NCBI GenBank assembly: GCA_965204535.1
Contig: CBDBEV010000001.1
Span: 800,001-864,000, forward strand
Reading direction: 5' to 3'
DNA: 64,000 nt
Source of the DNA: a bacterium
GTDB taxonomy: Bacteria; UBA8248
In this document: positions 9,540 to 20,624 of the stretch, one piece after another
Position numbering within the stretch: position 1 is the stretch's first letter
Layout: every line of letters begins with the position of its first letter
The notes under the pieces: model-generated
Seen by the model: the letters and a program-made list of their open reading frames with translations, nothing else
The model's database searches: none
Told to the model about the DNA's origin: nothing
Position numbers and translations under genes: made by a program

Positions 9540-10523
9540 ATGGCGTTATTCGATCGCTACGGGCGCGCACATGATGATTTGAGAATCTCGGTGACGGACA
9601 GGTGCAACTTCCGGTGTTTCTACTGCATGCCGGAAGAGGGCATGACGTGGCTGCCGCACGATGAGGTTCTCAACTACGAGGAGATCACCCGCGTCGTCCG
9701 CATCACCACCGAGCTCGGTTTCACGGGCTATCACCTGACCGGCGGCGAACCGCTCCTTCGAAAGGACTTGCACCGCCTCGTCGAGCAGATGGTGGAAGTC
9801 CAGCCCGAAATGGACTTGGCCCTGACGACCAACGGCGTTTTCCTCCCAAAGATGGCGAAGGATCTCTACGCGGCGGGCCTAAGGCGCGTGAACATCAGCC
9901 TCGATTCGATGGACGCGGGCAAATTCCTGTTCATGACGCGCCGCGACGTGTTCGGCCAGGTGATGGAGGGCATCGAGGCGGCGGCGGAGGCGGGCTTCTC
10001 GCCCATCAAGATCAATGCGGTCGCGGTCAAGGGACTGAGCGAGGAGGAATTGCCGCGTTTCGCCAAATGGTCGCGCGAGACGGGCCACGTCGTTCGCTTC
10101 ATCGAATATATGCCGCTTGATGCGGACCGCACCTGGGCGCACGAGAAGGTCTTGACGGCGGAGGAGATTCTCGAAGGCCTCTCCGTCGAGGGCGAACTCG
10201 AACTCGTGAGCGGGCATCCCTCCGACCCCGCGACGCGCTACCGCTACAAGGACGGCAAGGGCGAGGTGGGCGTTATCGCTTCGGTCACGCGGCCTTTCTG
10301 CCAGGATTGCAACCGCATTCGCCTCACGGCGGACGGCATGGTGCGGACCTGCCTGTTCTCCACGGTCGAACACGACGTCAAGAGGCTGCTCAGGGGCGGT
10401 GCGCCGGACGATGAGATAAAGGCCTGGCTCGCCGAGGTGGTGCTCACCAAGACGCCGGGCCACCTCATCGGCCAGGAGGAGTTCGTCCAGCCCGAGCGCA
10501 CCATGAGCGCCATCGGCGGCTAG
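9540..10523 (+). CDS. moaA: GTP 3',8-cyclase MoaA
   Basis: LRISVTDRCNFRCFYCM, TGGEPLLR, FC..CNRIRLTADG..RTCLF, C-terminal MSAIGG. Confidence 0.97.
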   Translation: MALFDRYGRAHDDLRISVTDRCNFRCFYCMPEEGMTWLPHDEVLNYEEITRVVRITTELGFTGYHLTGGEPLLRKDLHRLVEQMVEVQPEMDLALTTNGVFLPKMAKDLYAAGLRRVNISLDSMDAGKFLFMTRRDVFGQVMEGIEAAAEAGFSPIKINAVAVKGLSEEELPRFAKWSRETGHVVRFIEYMPLDADRTWAHEKVLTAEEILEGLSVEGELELVSGHPSDPATRYRYKDGKGEVGVIASVTRPFCQDCNRIRLTADGMVRTCLFSTVEHDVKRLLRGGAPDDEIKAWLAEVVLTKTPGHLIGQEEFVQPERTMSAIGG

Positions 10524-10649
10524 TCTTTCGGCATTCTTCGATACACCACCATTCAGTCGCTGCTACAGAAGACGCTTTTGTGACGTGCGCCTGCGCGTTA
10601 CTCGTTAGCCTGTAGATGACCCGCAGAGAAAGAAACAAGGAGGTCAGCT

Positions 10650-11519
10650 TTGCCATGGACTGAGAAGAAACACGTGGAAGTGCTCGGCCGCAAGATGGCC
10701 TGCGTCGAGACCGGCGAGGGCGAGCCGGTCGTCTTCCTGCACGGTAACCCGACCTCCTCTTACCTTTGGCGCGGGGTTATCCCTCACCTCGCTTCACTGG
10801 GCCGATGCATCGCGCCCGACCTGATCGGCATGGGTGATTCCGACAAGCTGGAGGACAGCGGCCCGGGCAGTTACCGCTTCATAGAGCATCGCCGCTATCT
10901 CGACGCGCTTCTGGAGGTGTTGGGCGTCACTGAGCGCGTCACGCTCGTCACCCACGACTGGGGCTCGGCCCTCGGCTTTGATTGGGCCAACCGGCACCGG
11001 GACGCCGTGAAGGGGCTGGCCTATATGGAAGCCATTGTGAAGCCGCTCACCTGGGCGCAATGGCCCGAAGCGTCGCGGCGGGTCTTCCAGGGGTTTCGTT
11101 CGGAGAGTGGGGAGTCGATGATTCTCGAGAAGAACGTGTTCGTCGAGCGCGTGCTGCCGGGCTCGATCAGGCGCGAACTCAGGGAGGAGGAGATGGCCGA
11201 GTATCGGCGCCCGTTCGGAGAACCCGGGGAAGGCCGCCGTCCGACCCTCACATGGCCGCGCGAGATACCCATCGAGGGCGAGCCTGCGGATGTAACCGAG
11301 ATTGTCGGCAGTTACGCCGCTTGGCTCAGCAAGTCTCCCCTTCCCAAGCTGTTCGTGAACGCCGAGCCCGGTGCCATCCTCGTAGGCGAGCAGCGCGAAT
11401 TCTGCCGCACCTGGCCGAACCAGACCGAACTCACCGTACCGGGAATCCACTTCATCCAGGAAGATTCTCCCGACGAAATCGGCGACGCAATCGCCGGGTG
11501 GCTCGGTACCCTGCAGTGA
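10650..11519 (+). CDS. haloalkane dehalogenase (HLD-II, LinB/DhaA type)
   Basis: [22 protein letters not shown] (nucleophile Asp), YMEAIV (Glu), GIHFIQED (His); AAGGAGG RBS. Confidence 0.93.
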   Translation: MPWTEKKHVEVLGRKMACVETGEGEPVVFLHGNPTSSYLWRGVIPHLASLGRCIAPDLIGMGDSDKLEDSGPGSYRFIEHRRYLDALLEVLGVTERVTLVTHDWGSALGFDWANRHRDAVKGLAYMEAIVKPLTWAQWPEASRRVFQGFRSESGESMILEKNVFVERVLPGSIRRELREEEMAEYRRPFGEPGEGRRPTLTWPREIPIEGEPADVTEIVGSYAAWLSKSPLPKLFVNAEPGAILVGEQREFCRTWPNQTELTVPGIHFIQEDSPDEIGDAIAGWLGTLQ

Positions 11520-11659
11520 GGCTTCGCCGCTCTTTTCGCGCGTCCATGATAGGATGAATGGTTAGTTTGGCCGATATTCCTTGATTATCGCCAGATTAGC
11601 TATCTTATAAAAAAATCATAAACTCTCTAATTTTGCTATAAACTCTTTCTAAGGCTCCA

Positions 11660-12604
11660 CTGCACAATCCATACGGGGGCAAATGGGCCGGACTATCTCT
11701 ACACCGAAATGGTTGACACTTTGAGAAAAAGGTTCCTTGGGCCCTGAGAGGACTCGCAGGATTCGTAAAGGCCCTGAAAGTCACTTATCGGGATATAGAA
11801 GTGGGTTTGGATGTCAGCCCCGAACCCGGGCTGGCGGACAATGGGAACCTCGAAAGCGACTTGCAGGAATTGTTCGAGGTCATCGGTGCCGCCGCCCAGG
11901 CGGATGCGACTTGTGTGGCGTTTTTCTTCGATGAACTTCAGTACGTGCCGGAAGATCAACTGGCAGCCTTGAGCATTGCGTTGCATCGGGTATCCCAGCG
12001 GCGGCTTCCCGTGGTCATGCTGGGGGCGGGCCTGCCCCAGGTGCGAGGCCGCATGGGAAAGGCGAAATCCTATGCCGAACGACTTTTTGATTTTTTCGAA
12101 ATAGGCCCGTTGTCCCCCGAAGACGCCAGGCGCGCGATCGACAAACCCGCGAAAGACGAAGGTGTGGAGATAGAAGCCCGCGCTCTTGATGAAATCGTTT
12201 CGAAGACTCGATGTTATCCTTACTTTCTACAGGAATGGGGCAAGCATGTATGGGACATCGCCGAGTGTTCTCCCATTACGGTCGCCGATGTTGAAATCGC
12301 TACCCGTCAGGTCCTCGCCGAGCTGGATCAGAGTTTCTTTTTGGTCAGGTTCGACAGACTGGCCCCTACGGAGAAAAAGTATCTGCGAGCGATGGCCCAG
12401 CTTGGCGCCGGGCCTCATCGTTCAGGGGACATCGCCCAAAAACTTAGCCGCCAGGTCACCTCTTTGGCGCCCATCCGCAGTCAACTGATTAACAAGGGAA
12501 TGATTTGGAGTCCAAGCCACGGCGATACGGCTTTCACCGTGCCCATGTTCGATGAATTCATGCGGCGAATCATGCCTGGAGATGAATGGCTAGCGTCTTG
12601 TTGA
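11660..12604 (+). pseudogene. AAA-family ATP-binding protein with winged-helix C-terminus, N-terminally deleted
   Basis: Walker B (FFFDELQ), KSYAERLF, YPYFLQEWG, FTVPMFDEF present; frame closed upstream by TGA at 11714; no Walker A. Confidence 0.7.
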
Positions 12605-12776
12605 GGAACAACGGTTTTTCACATCGCACCCAGCCACTAAACTTGCTCCCCCCAGGAACCCGTCTGCGTCCAAAAGAGAACGCCCGTGGTTTGTGATAAG
12701 ATCGTTTTTGTCGCGTATTAACATCCGCCGTGTGAATGGTTCGTCGCCGGATGTCTCTTTCGGGGGCCGCGAGAAG

Positions 12777-14240
12777 ATGTCTGTAAAAACAGCCGCTGTG
12801 CTCATCATGGTGTTCTTCGTTGCGGGTGAGTTCACCTACGCCTACGCGGGCCGTCCCAGGGGGCGGAGAAACCGCATCGTCACGGTTCAGGTGCAACAAG
12901 TCGCCGTGGGCCGTCTGGGCAGGCGCGTTGCGGCCACGGGCACGCTCCTGGCCCGAAGCGAGGTGAAGCTCATGTCCCGCGCCGAGGGCCAGGCGCAGGA
13001 AGTCCTCGTGCGCGAGGGGGCGCGCGTCGTGAAGGGGCAAATCCTCGCGCGCCTCGATTCCACCATCAAACGAATCGACTTGGGACTCGCCGAGAGCGAA
13101 CTCGCCGCCGCGCGGGCGAACCTCGATAAACTGAAATCAGGAAGCCGACCGGAGGAAATCGCCGCCGCCGCGGCCGCCGTCACCCAGGCGGAAGCGACGC
13201 GCAAGCGAAGCGAGGCGGAAATCACCTCCGCCCTCGCCAGACAGGAGGAGGCGGAGGCAAACGCGCGTTCTTTGAGCGCTTTGCACAAGACGGGCGTCAT
13301 CAGCGCACAGGAGTGGCGCAAGGTGACGACCGAGGCGAATCGCGCCCGCGCGGACGTGGCCGAGCGGAGGGCCCGCCTCGCCGAGGATGCAGCTCGGGTA
13401 CGCGCTGCACAGGAGAAGCTCAAGCTCGTGAAAATCGGCGCGCGCGCCGAGGATCTGACAATGGCGCGGGCGGAGGTGCGCAAGCGTCTACAGCAGGTGA
13501 GCCGGCTCAAGGTGGAACTCGAATACTTCACCGTCCGCTCCCCCATTTCGGGTGTCGTCACTGAGAGAAAAATTGAGCCCGGCGACCTGGCGGTGAACAG
13601 GGCGCATCTGCTCACCATCGCCCAGACCGACGAACTGCGCGCCCGGGTGCGCGTGAGCGAACTGGATCTGCCGCTCATCAGGATAGGCCAGGGCGCGCGG
13701 GTGGAACTCGACGCCTACCGGGGCCGCACGTTCTCGGGGAAGCTGACGCGGATTTTCCCGAGCGTGGACCCGAGTTCGCGCCAGCTCATCGTGGAGGTGG
13801 ACGTCCAAAACCCGGATTCTTCCCTGAGGCCCGGTCTTCTGGCGCGCGTTCAGTTCGACCCCCTGCTGGGCAGGCAAGCGATTAACCTGCCGGTTCACGC
13901 CGTGCTCTGGGATGGGGATTTGCGCACGAAAACGGGCGCCGTCTTCGTCGTGAGGAGGTTGCAGGGAAGCGGCGGGGGAGGCGGCTCCGGGCGGAGAGGC
14001 CCCGGCATGAGAGGCGAAGCAAGGAGGGGAATGGCCGAAGCGAGTGGACGTGGAATGAGGCGCGGCCCCACGGGAGGCCGCGGCCCGCGCTTCATGGCGG
14101 TGCGCCGCGAGGTGCGCCTCGGCGAAATGATCGACGGCCGCATCGAGATTCTAGGTGGTCTGCGCGTGGGCGAGCGGGTGGTGGTGAGCGCCATCAGCCA
14201 GTTAAGGGACAGGCGGCCCATTCGGGTCGTCGGGCCTTAA
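12777..14240 (+). CDS. RND efflux periplasmic adaptor (membrane fusion protein)
   Basis: Lipoyl halves (VREGARVVKGQILARLD; VRSPISGVV), long alpha-hairpin, LRPGLLARV, GL..GERVVV. Confidence 0.92.
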   Translation: MSVKTAAVLIMVFFVAGEFTYAYAGRPRGRRNRIVTVQVQQVAVGRLGRRVAATGTLLARSEVKLMSRAEGQAQEVLVREGARVVKGQILARLDSTIKRIDLGLAESELAAARANLDKLKSGSRPEEIAAAAAAVTQAEATRKRSEAEITSALARQEEAEANARSLSALHKTGVISAQEWRKVTTEANRARADVAERRARLAEDAARVRAAQEKLKLVKIGARAEDLTMARAEVRKRLQQVSRLKVELEYFTVRSPISGVVTERKIEPGDLAVNRAHLLTIAQTDELRARVRVSELDLPLIRIGQGARVELDAYRGRTFSGKLTRIFPSVDPSSRQLIVEVDVQNPDSSLRPGLLARVQFDPLLGRQAINLPVHAVLWDGDLRTKTGAVFVVRRLQGSGGGGGSGRRGPGMRGEARRGMAEASGRGMRRGPTGGRGPRFMAVRREVRLGEMIDGRIEILGGLRVGERVVVSAISQLRDRRPIRVVGP

Positions 14241-14258
14241 GGCGGAAGGGGTGGTCCC

Positions 14259-17200
14259 ATGCTGAGCCGAAGCTGCATCCGAAGGCCCGTGGGAACCATC
14301 ATGGGTGTGGTGTGCGCACTGGTGCTCGGTTTTTTCGCGCTCACGCGCCTGCCGGTCGATTTTCTGCCCAGAATCGTCTATCCCCGGATATTCATCGGAA
14401 TCGACTTCGAGGGGGCCGACCCCCAAGTGGTCGAGGAGCAGGTCACCAAGGTGGTGGAGCGCGAACTCGCGACCACGCAGGGTGTGGTGCGCATCTTCTC
14501 GATCAGCCGCGAGGGTGCCGCGCGCCTGTGGATGTTCTTCGACTTCGACCGCGACATCGATCTCGCGCTCCAGGACGCCATCACCAAGTTCAACGTCGCC
14601 AGAAGAAACCTGCCGCAAGAGATACAGGATCAGCTCCAGAACACGCGCATCTTCAAGTCCGACCCGGCGCAGGTGCCCATCATCGAATACGCGTTGTCTT
14701 CCAAAACCCTGAAAGGGCCTCAGCTTCAGACCTGGGCGCGCAAGGTACTCATCCCCCAACTCATGACCGTCCCCGGCATCGCGTCGGTGGAGGCGTTCGG
14801 CGGCCAGGACGAAGAGGTGCAGGTGTTGGTCGACCTGCCGAGGATGCAGGGTCTGGGACTCGACCTGCCCGCCGTCCTGCGAAGGATGCGCGCCGAAAAT
14901 ATGGACCTGGCCGCCGGTAGAGTGAAGACCCCCCACCGGGAGTATTCGAGCCGGACGGCGGGCAAGCTCAAGAGCGCGGGCGAGCTTTCGCGCCTGATCT
15001 TCCCCACGAAGGACGGCCGCCGGGTCTATCTGCGCGATTTCGCAAAGGTTCAGGACGCCGGCAAGGAGCGGCGCATCTTCGTGTGGCTGAACGGCGACGA
15101 GAGCGTCAAGGTGGTGGCCCTGAAGCAACCGGACGCAAACACGGTCTCCGTCGTGGACGGTCTGCGCGACAGGCTCGCCTTCCTGACGCGTTACGGTATC
15201 GTCCCGCCCGACGTTAACCTCGTCCCGATTTCGGATCAGAGTTTCTTCATACGCGCCTCGATCAGGAATGTCCTCTCCTCTGCTCTGGTGGGCGGCACGC
15301 TGGCGATACTGGTGGTGCTCTGCTTCCTGGGGAGCCTCAGGCGCACGTTTATCATCGGCCTGGCGATCCCGGTCGCTTCCATATTCACGTTTTTCCTCAT
15401 GTGGGTGCTGGGCTTCACCTTCAATATATTCAGCCTGGGCGGCGTGGCGCTCGGTGTGGGGATGCTCGTGGACAACGCCATCGTCATGCTCGAGAACATA
15501 TCGCGCCATCAGGCGGAAGGGGGCGACCCCGTGGAGGCGGCGGAGAGCGGCTCCTCCGAGGTGGAGAGCGCCATGGTGGCCTCCACGCTCACGAACGTGG
15601 CCGCCGTGATGCCGTTTCTGCTGGTATCGGGCTACGTGGCGCTACTGTTCCGCGAGTTGATACTCACCATTACGCTGGCGTTCATATGCAGCCTCGTGGT
15701 CGGCCTCACCGTTGTGGCCATGCTATCCGCCCGGCTCCTGCAAATACCCATGAGCAGCGGCTTCAGCCGCTTTCCGCTCTTCCGCCTGTTCATCTGGGTC
15801 GTCGGCCTCGCCAACCGGCTGTACCGCTTTCTCTTGAGGCCCGTGCTCACCCTCCGCTGGGTGGTCATCATCCTCGCTATCGCCGTCTGCGCGAGCAGCT
15901 ACACGCTCATCGGCAGGCTGGGCAACGAACTCCTGCCCCAGGTGGACGACGGGCGCATCTCGGTGGACATTCGCTTCTCACCGGGAGGGACCCTCGAATA
16001 CACCAAACAGGTGACGCGCGAGATTCACGACATGCTCGTGCGCGATCCCGCCGTGGACAAGGTATTCGCCACGGCGGGGGGGCGTCTTTTCGGGCGGAAT
16101 TTCTCACCCTCCGCCTCTCGGGGGAGAATCGACGTGACGCTCAAAGACGGCGTGAGCGTGTTCGACTATCTGGGGAAACTGAGGCCCCGGCTTGCGCGCA
16201 TGACGTATCCGGACGCGCGGATTTACGCCTTCAAGAGCCGGGTGCGGGGCCTTCGCACCTCCAATACCCGGCACAACAAGAGCTTCTCCCTGGGCGTTCG
16301 GGGCGAGGATTTGTCTACGCTCAACCGCATCGCTGAAGAAGTCGTCGAGAAGCTCCAGGGGGTGGAGGGGCTTCACAACGTGCAGATGACCGAGGACAGG
16401 CCCAGGCCCGAGTTCCGCATACAGGTGAACAGGGAGCGCGCGGCGGAACTCGGCCTCTCCGTCGAGGACGTGGGCGACACCGTGGCCACGGCGGTCGACG
16501 GCTCCATCGCCACGTTCATCAACCGGGTGGATACGCGCGTGCCGGTGCGGGTCAAGTTCTCGGACACCGAGATAAAAAGCGAGCAGGATCTGGCGCAACT
16601 GCCCCTGTTTCCCCAGAACGGACGCTCCACCCGCTTGCACCACGTGGCGCACATTCGTTACGGGCAGGGCAGTTCGGTCATACCGCGTACGGACCAGAAC
16701 CGCCTCATCCAGATCACGGGCGACATCCAGGGCCGCTCGCTGGGTGACGTGGGTGCGGACGTGCGCGCGCGCTTGAAAGACGTCAACGTGCCGAGGGGCT
16801 ACTTTATCCTGCCGGGAGAGGATGAAGAGAACCTCAAGAAATCGAACCGCGAACTCTTCATCCTGGCGCTTCTTGCCATATTCCTGGTCTATACGGTGCT
16901 GGCCGTTCAGTACGACTCGCTCGTGAACCCTCTTGTCATCATCTTCGCCGTGCCACCCGCTCTCACCGGCGCGCTCGCTGGTCTCTACCTCACCGGCACG
17001 CCATTCGGTTCGACGGTGCTCATCGGCGTCATCCTGCTGGTGGGCATCGTGGTGAACAACTCCATCGTGATGATCGACTACGTCGAACGCTTGAGAGAAC
17101 GCGGGATGGATATCAGAGAAGCCGTCATCGAGGGGGCTTCGACGAGGCTGCGCCCGATTCTCATGACCACGTTCACCACTATCATCGCGCTCACGCCCCT

Positions 17201-17393
17201 GGCGAGCGGCTGGGGAAAGGGTTCGGAGATGCTCAAGCCCTTGGGCCTCGTCGTGCTGAGTGGTCTCTCGCTCTCTACCCTGTTCACGCTTTTTCTCGTG
17301 CCGTGCATCTATCTCGCGGCCCAGAATTTCGTGCGGAGCTTGAGGCGCGCCGTGGGCCTTCGCGAGACGAAATACACCGCTCCCGCCGCATAG
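14259..17393 (+). CDS. RND efflux permease (AcrB/AcrD/AcrF family)
   Basis: GMLVDNAIVMLENI, GIVVNNSIVMID, RLRPILMT; 1044 aa. Confidence 0.96.
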   Translation: MLSRSCIRRPVGTIMGVVCALVLGFFALTRLPVDFLPRIVYPRIFIGIDFEGADPQVVEEQVTKVVERELATTQGVVRIFSISREGAARLWMFFDFDRDIDLALQDAITKFNVARRNLPQEIQDQLQNTRIFKSDPAQVPIIEYALSSKTLKGPQLQTWARKVLIPQLMTVPGIASVEAFGGQDEEVQVLVDLPRMQGLGLDLPAVLRRMRAENMDLAAGRVKTPHREYSSRTAGKLKSAGELSRLIFPTKDGRRVYLRDFAKVQDAGKERRIFVWLNGDESVKVVALKQPDANTVSVVDGLRDRLAFLTRYGIVPPDVNLVPISDQSFFIRASIRNVLSSALVGGTLAILVVLCFLGSLRRTFIIGLAIPVASIFTFFLMWVLGFTFNIFSLGGVALGVGMLVDNAIVMLENISRHQAEGGDPVEAAESGSSEVESAMVASTLTNVAAVMPFLLVSGYVALLFRELILTITLAFICSLVVGLTVVAMLSARLLQIPMSSGFSRFPLFRLFIWVVGLANRLYRFLLRPVLTLRWVVIILAIAVCASSYTLIGRLGNELLPQVDDGRISVDIRFSPGGTLEYTKQVTREIHDMLVRDPAVDKVFATAGGRLFGRNFSPSASRGRIDVTLKDGVSVFDYLGKLRPRLARMTYPDARIYAFKSRVRGLRTSNTRHNKSFSLGVRGEDLSTLNRIAEEVVEKLQGVEGLHNVQMTEDRPRPEFRIQVNRERAAELGLSVEDVGDTVATAVDGSIATFINRVDTRVPVRVKFSDTEIKSEQDLAQLPLFPQNGRSTRLHHVAHIRYGQGSSVIPRTDQNRLIQITGDIQGRSLGDVGADVRARLKDVNVPRGYFILPGEDEENLKKSNRELFILALLAIFLVYTVLAVQYDSLVNPLVIIFAVPPALTGALAGLYLTGTPFGSTVLIGVILLVGIVVNNSIVMIDYVERLRERGMDIREAVIEGASTRLRPILMTTFTTIIALTPLASGWGKGSEMLKPLGLVVLSGLSLSTLFTLFLVPCIYLAAQNFVRSLRRAVGLRETKYTAPAA

Positions 17394-17475
17394 GCCTACC
17401 CCTGTGGCCTTCAGCGTGAAATCTTCGTAGTATCCTCTGCGTCTGCAAGGCATTCGCATTCGATAGGGAGAGAGC

Positions 17476-18204
<729 letters not shown>

Positions 18205-18209
18205 GCGAA

Positions 18210-18812
18210 ATGAAGATCGTCCTTGCGAGCGGAAACCCCGGCAAGGCGCGCGAGGTGCGCGCCGCCCTCGAGGGGCTGGATGTCGAGTTGCTCAGCCCCG
18301 ATGAGGCGGGTATTGGGTTCGATGTCGAGGAAACGGGCTCCACCTACGCGGAAAACGCGCTCATCAAGGCGCGGGCGGCGTGCGAGGCGAGCGGTCTTCC
18401 CGCCTTGGCGGATGATTCGGGCGTGGAGGTGGATGCGCTGCCGGGCGAGTTGGGCGTTCGCTCCGCGCGCTTCGGCGGCGAAGGTCTCGACGATACGGGG
18501 CGAAACACGCTCTTGCTCGACAGGATGCGTGAGGTGCCCGAAGCCGAGCGCGGCGTGCGCTATGTGTGCGTGCTGGCTTATCTGAAGCCGGATGGGTGGT
18601 TCGGTTTTTTCGAGGGCGCCCTGCACGGGCGTATACTGCGCGCCCCGCAAGGGGAGGGCGGTTTCGGCTACGACCCGCTCATGTATCTGCCCGATCACGG
18701 CTGCGCCGTCTCGGAACTCCCGCTTGATGTGAAGAACCGGATCAGCCACCGGGGGCTCGCACTCGCGGAATTCCGGGAGTGGCTGGCCCGCGAGGCGGCG
18801 GATGGTTCATAA
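18210..18812 (+). CDS. rdgB: non-canonical purine NTP pyrophosphatase (RdgB/HAM1)
   Basis: LASGNPGK..E, ADDSG, SARF, GFGYDP, KNRISHR; follows rph. Confidence 0.96.
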   Translation: MKIVLASGNPGKAREVRAALEGLDVELLSPDEAGIGFDVEETGSTYAENALIKARAACEASGLPALADDSGVEVDALPGELGVRSARFGGEGLDDTGRNTLLLDRMREVPEAERGVRYVCVLAYLKPDGWFGFFEGALHGRILRAPQGEGGFGYDPLMYLPDHGCAVSELPLDVKNRISHRGLALAEFREWLAREAADGS

Positions 18813-18921
18813 TAGGGGAAATTTATGAGGATTCGGCTGAGGGCCACTGAGCGGTGAGCATGGTCGATGATGAAGGTTTTCTCATGATTTCTTAGGGTAC
18901 ATGCGATAGGAGAGTTCAAGT

Positions 18922-19599
18922 ATGTCCAGAATTGAAATGATTCAGCCCGAGGAGGCGGACGCCGACGTGGCCCGTATCTATGAGGCCACAACCGCCATGC
19001 TGGGCCGCGTACCGCATTCCATGCGGGTGCTGGCCAAGACCCCCCACGTCGCCAAGGCGATGCTGCCGTTCATAGCGACGCTCCAGCGCGAGGGCGGGGG
19101 CAGCATCCTCAAGACCAAGGTCAAGGAGATGGTGGTCATCAAGACGAGCCATCTCAACGGGTGCGCCTACTGATACGCGCACAACACGTCGCTTGGTCAA
19201 GCGGCCGGCATCACCCCCGAACAGGTGGATGTCATCGGCACGGACGGCTACATGGAATCGGATCTGTTCACCCCGCGCGAGAAGGCGGCCATCCTCTGGG
19301 CGGAGCACGTAACGCTCAACACGGCGCGTTCGCAAGACGACGTGTTCGATGAAGTGCGGAAGCATTTCTCTGAAGCCGAAATCGTCGAGCTCACGATGGT
19401 GAGCGGGCTGTTCAACCTCTTCAACCGCTTCATGGATTCGCTCGGCATCCCGCTCGAAGAGCAGCGAGAGGTCGACAAGATCAAGAAATCCCTCTATCTG
19501 GACGGCGGGAAGGTCAAGACCTACTACAAGACGATGGTCGATCACTGGCCGGAAGAGTATCCCGAGCCCGACGCACAGGACCCGAACAAGAACGCATGA
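18922..19599 (+). CDS. AhpD/carboxymuconolactone decarboxylase-family peroxidase-like selenoprotein (CxxU; in-frame UGA at 19171-19173)
   Basis: Track ORFs 18922-19173 and 19225-19599 are one frame: NGCAY[TGA]YAHNTSLGQAAG; the UGA sits at the second Cys position of the AhpD CxxC; SECIS-like hairpin follows. Confidence 0.88.
19188..19205 (+). promoter_or_regulatory. bacterial SECIS-like hairpin
   Basis: GTCGCTT-GGTC-AAGCGGC: 7-bp stem, loop starts with G about 21 nt after the UGA. Confidence 0.7.
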
Positions 19600-19619
19600 A
19601 CCATTTCAATAAACGAAAC

Positions 19620-19652
19620 GCCCCGGGGCACCGGCTCCGGGGCGGTTTTGTT
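19620..19652 (+). terminator. intrinsic terminator
   Basis: GCCCCGGGGC...GCTCCGGGGC stem followed by a T-rich tail. Confidence 0.7.
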
Positions 19653-19790
19653 TGAGGCTTCCACACCCTGTCATATGGGTTTCGACCTCACTACTCCTGG
19701 CGCCCCGCTGGAAATCACCCGCTGGAATCGTTCATAATAGGTTCCGTTCGCTGCCGCAGGATGCGACCCCTCCATTCCCGAGGTTTCCGC

Positions 19791-20255
19791 ATGAAGCGCA
19801 TCATCTGTGTCATCGCAGTGCTTGCCTCTTGTGTTTCCGCTGCGGCGGAGACGAAAGTGGAGGGTGTACTGCGCTGTCAGGTGAGCTACACCATCCTGAA
19901 CGGTTACAAGGTGGAGCAGAAAATACGCATCACGCTGCCGAGCGGCGAGCGCGACCTGGCTGTGTGGCTGGTGGAGCGGAAAAAGGGCGAGTTCAAGAAG
20001 CTGGCCTACCCCATCGGAGGCGAGGGAAAACTCCTCATCTCGCGGCCCTTCAATAAGGAAAAATCCGTCACCTATCCCTTCGTCCTCACCTGGCAGCCTT
20101 TCGGCCGCTTCCGCCTCACCGGGTTTTTCCTGTCGAGAAGGTATTCCCACACCGTTGTGGTCCGCGACGTGAAGGAGAAGAGGGTCATCGAGATTTTCCC
20201 CGCCTTCCCCGGCCACATCGCCACCAAGCTCGCGCGCGGGGAGTGCGAGAAGTAG
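19791..20255 (+). CDS. hypothetical exported protein
   Basis: Signal-peptide-like MKRIICVIAVLASCVSAAA; host-like codon usage; two mature Cys near the two ends. Confidence 0.65.
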   Translation: MKRIICVIAVLASCVSAAAETKVEGVLRCQVSYTILNGYKVEQKIRITLPSGERDLAVWLVERKKGEFKKLAYPIGGEGKLLISRPFNKEKSVTYPFVLTWQPFGRFRLTGFFLSRRYSHTVVVRDVKEKRVIEIFPAFPGHIATKLARGECEK

Positions 20256-20286
20256 TACGCATCTGAAAGTTCCGGTCGATATACCC

Positions 20287-20314
20287 TTGACGTCTAGCGT
20301 CAATTGCCTATAAT
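20287..20314 (+). promoter_or_regulatory. higBA sigma70 promoter with overlapping operator palindrome
   Basis: TTGACG-16nt-TATAAT; palindrome TTGACG-TCTAG-CGTCAA (20287-20303); ATG only 8 nt after the -10, so near-leaderless. Confidence 0.75.
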
Positions 20315-20322
20315 GATGCGCT

Positions 20323-20610
20323 ATGATTCTTGATTACCGGGACAGGAAAACAGAGCGATTCGCCAGTGGTCGATTCGTGAGGGACTTTCAAGGGTTCGAG
20401 CAGCAAGCCGCCAAGCGGCTCTCAATACTGAACGCGGCCCCTTCTCTTGAGACATTAAGGGCTTTACCGAGCAATAGATTAGAGGCTCTCGGTGGAGCTC
20501 GGAGAGGACAGTATTCTATCCGTATCAACCGGCAATGGCGGATATGCTTTGAATGGCCTGATGGAATCTCGGGGCCGAGCAGGGTCGAGATAGTCGACTA
20601 TCATTCATAA
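20323..20610 (+). CDS. higB: HigB toxin (RelE/ParE family)
   Basis: PSNRLEALGG.R.GQYSIRINRQWRICFEW...VEIVDYH. Confidence 0.93.
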   Translation: MILDYRDRKTERFASGRFVRDFQGFEQQAAKRLSILNAAPSLETLRALPSNRLEALGGARRGQYSIRINRQWRICFEWPDGISGPSRVEIVDYHS

Positions 20611-20624
20611 GAGGAGAAAAACAA

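Noticed and set aside
10524-10640. Integron attC-like site before the dehalogenase (GTTAGCC)
   Set aside because: No complementary RYYYAAC box or attC-type hairpin, and no integron integrase.
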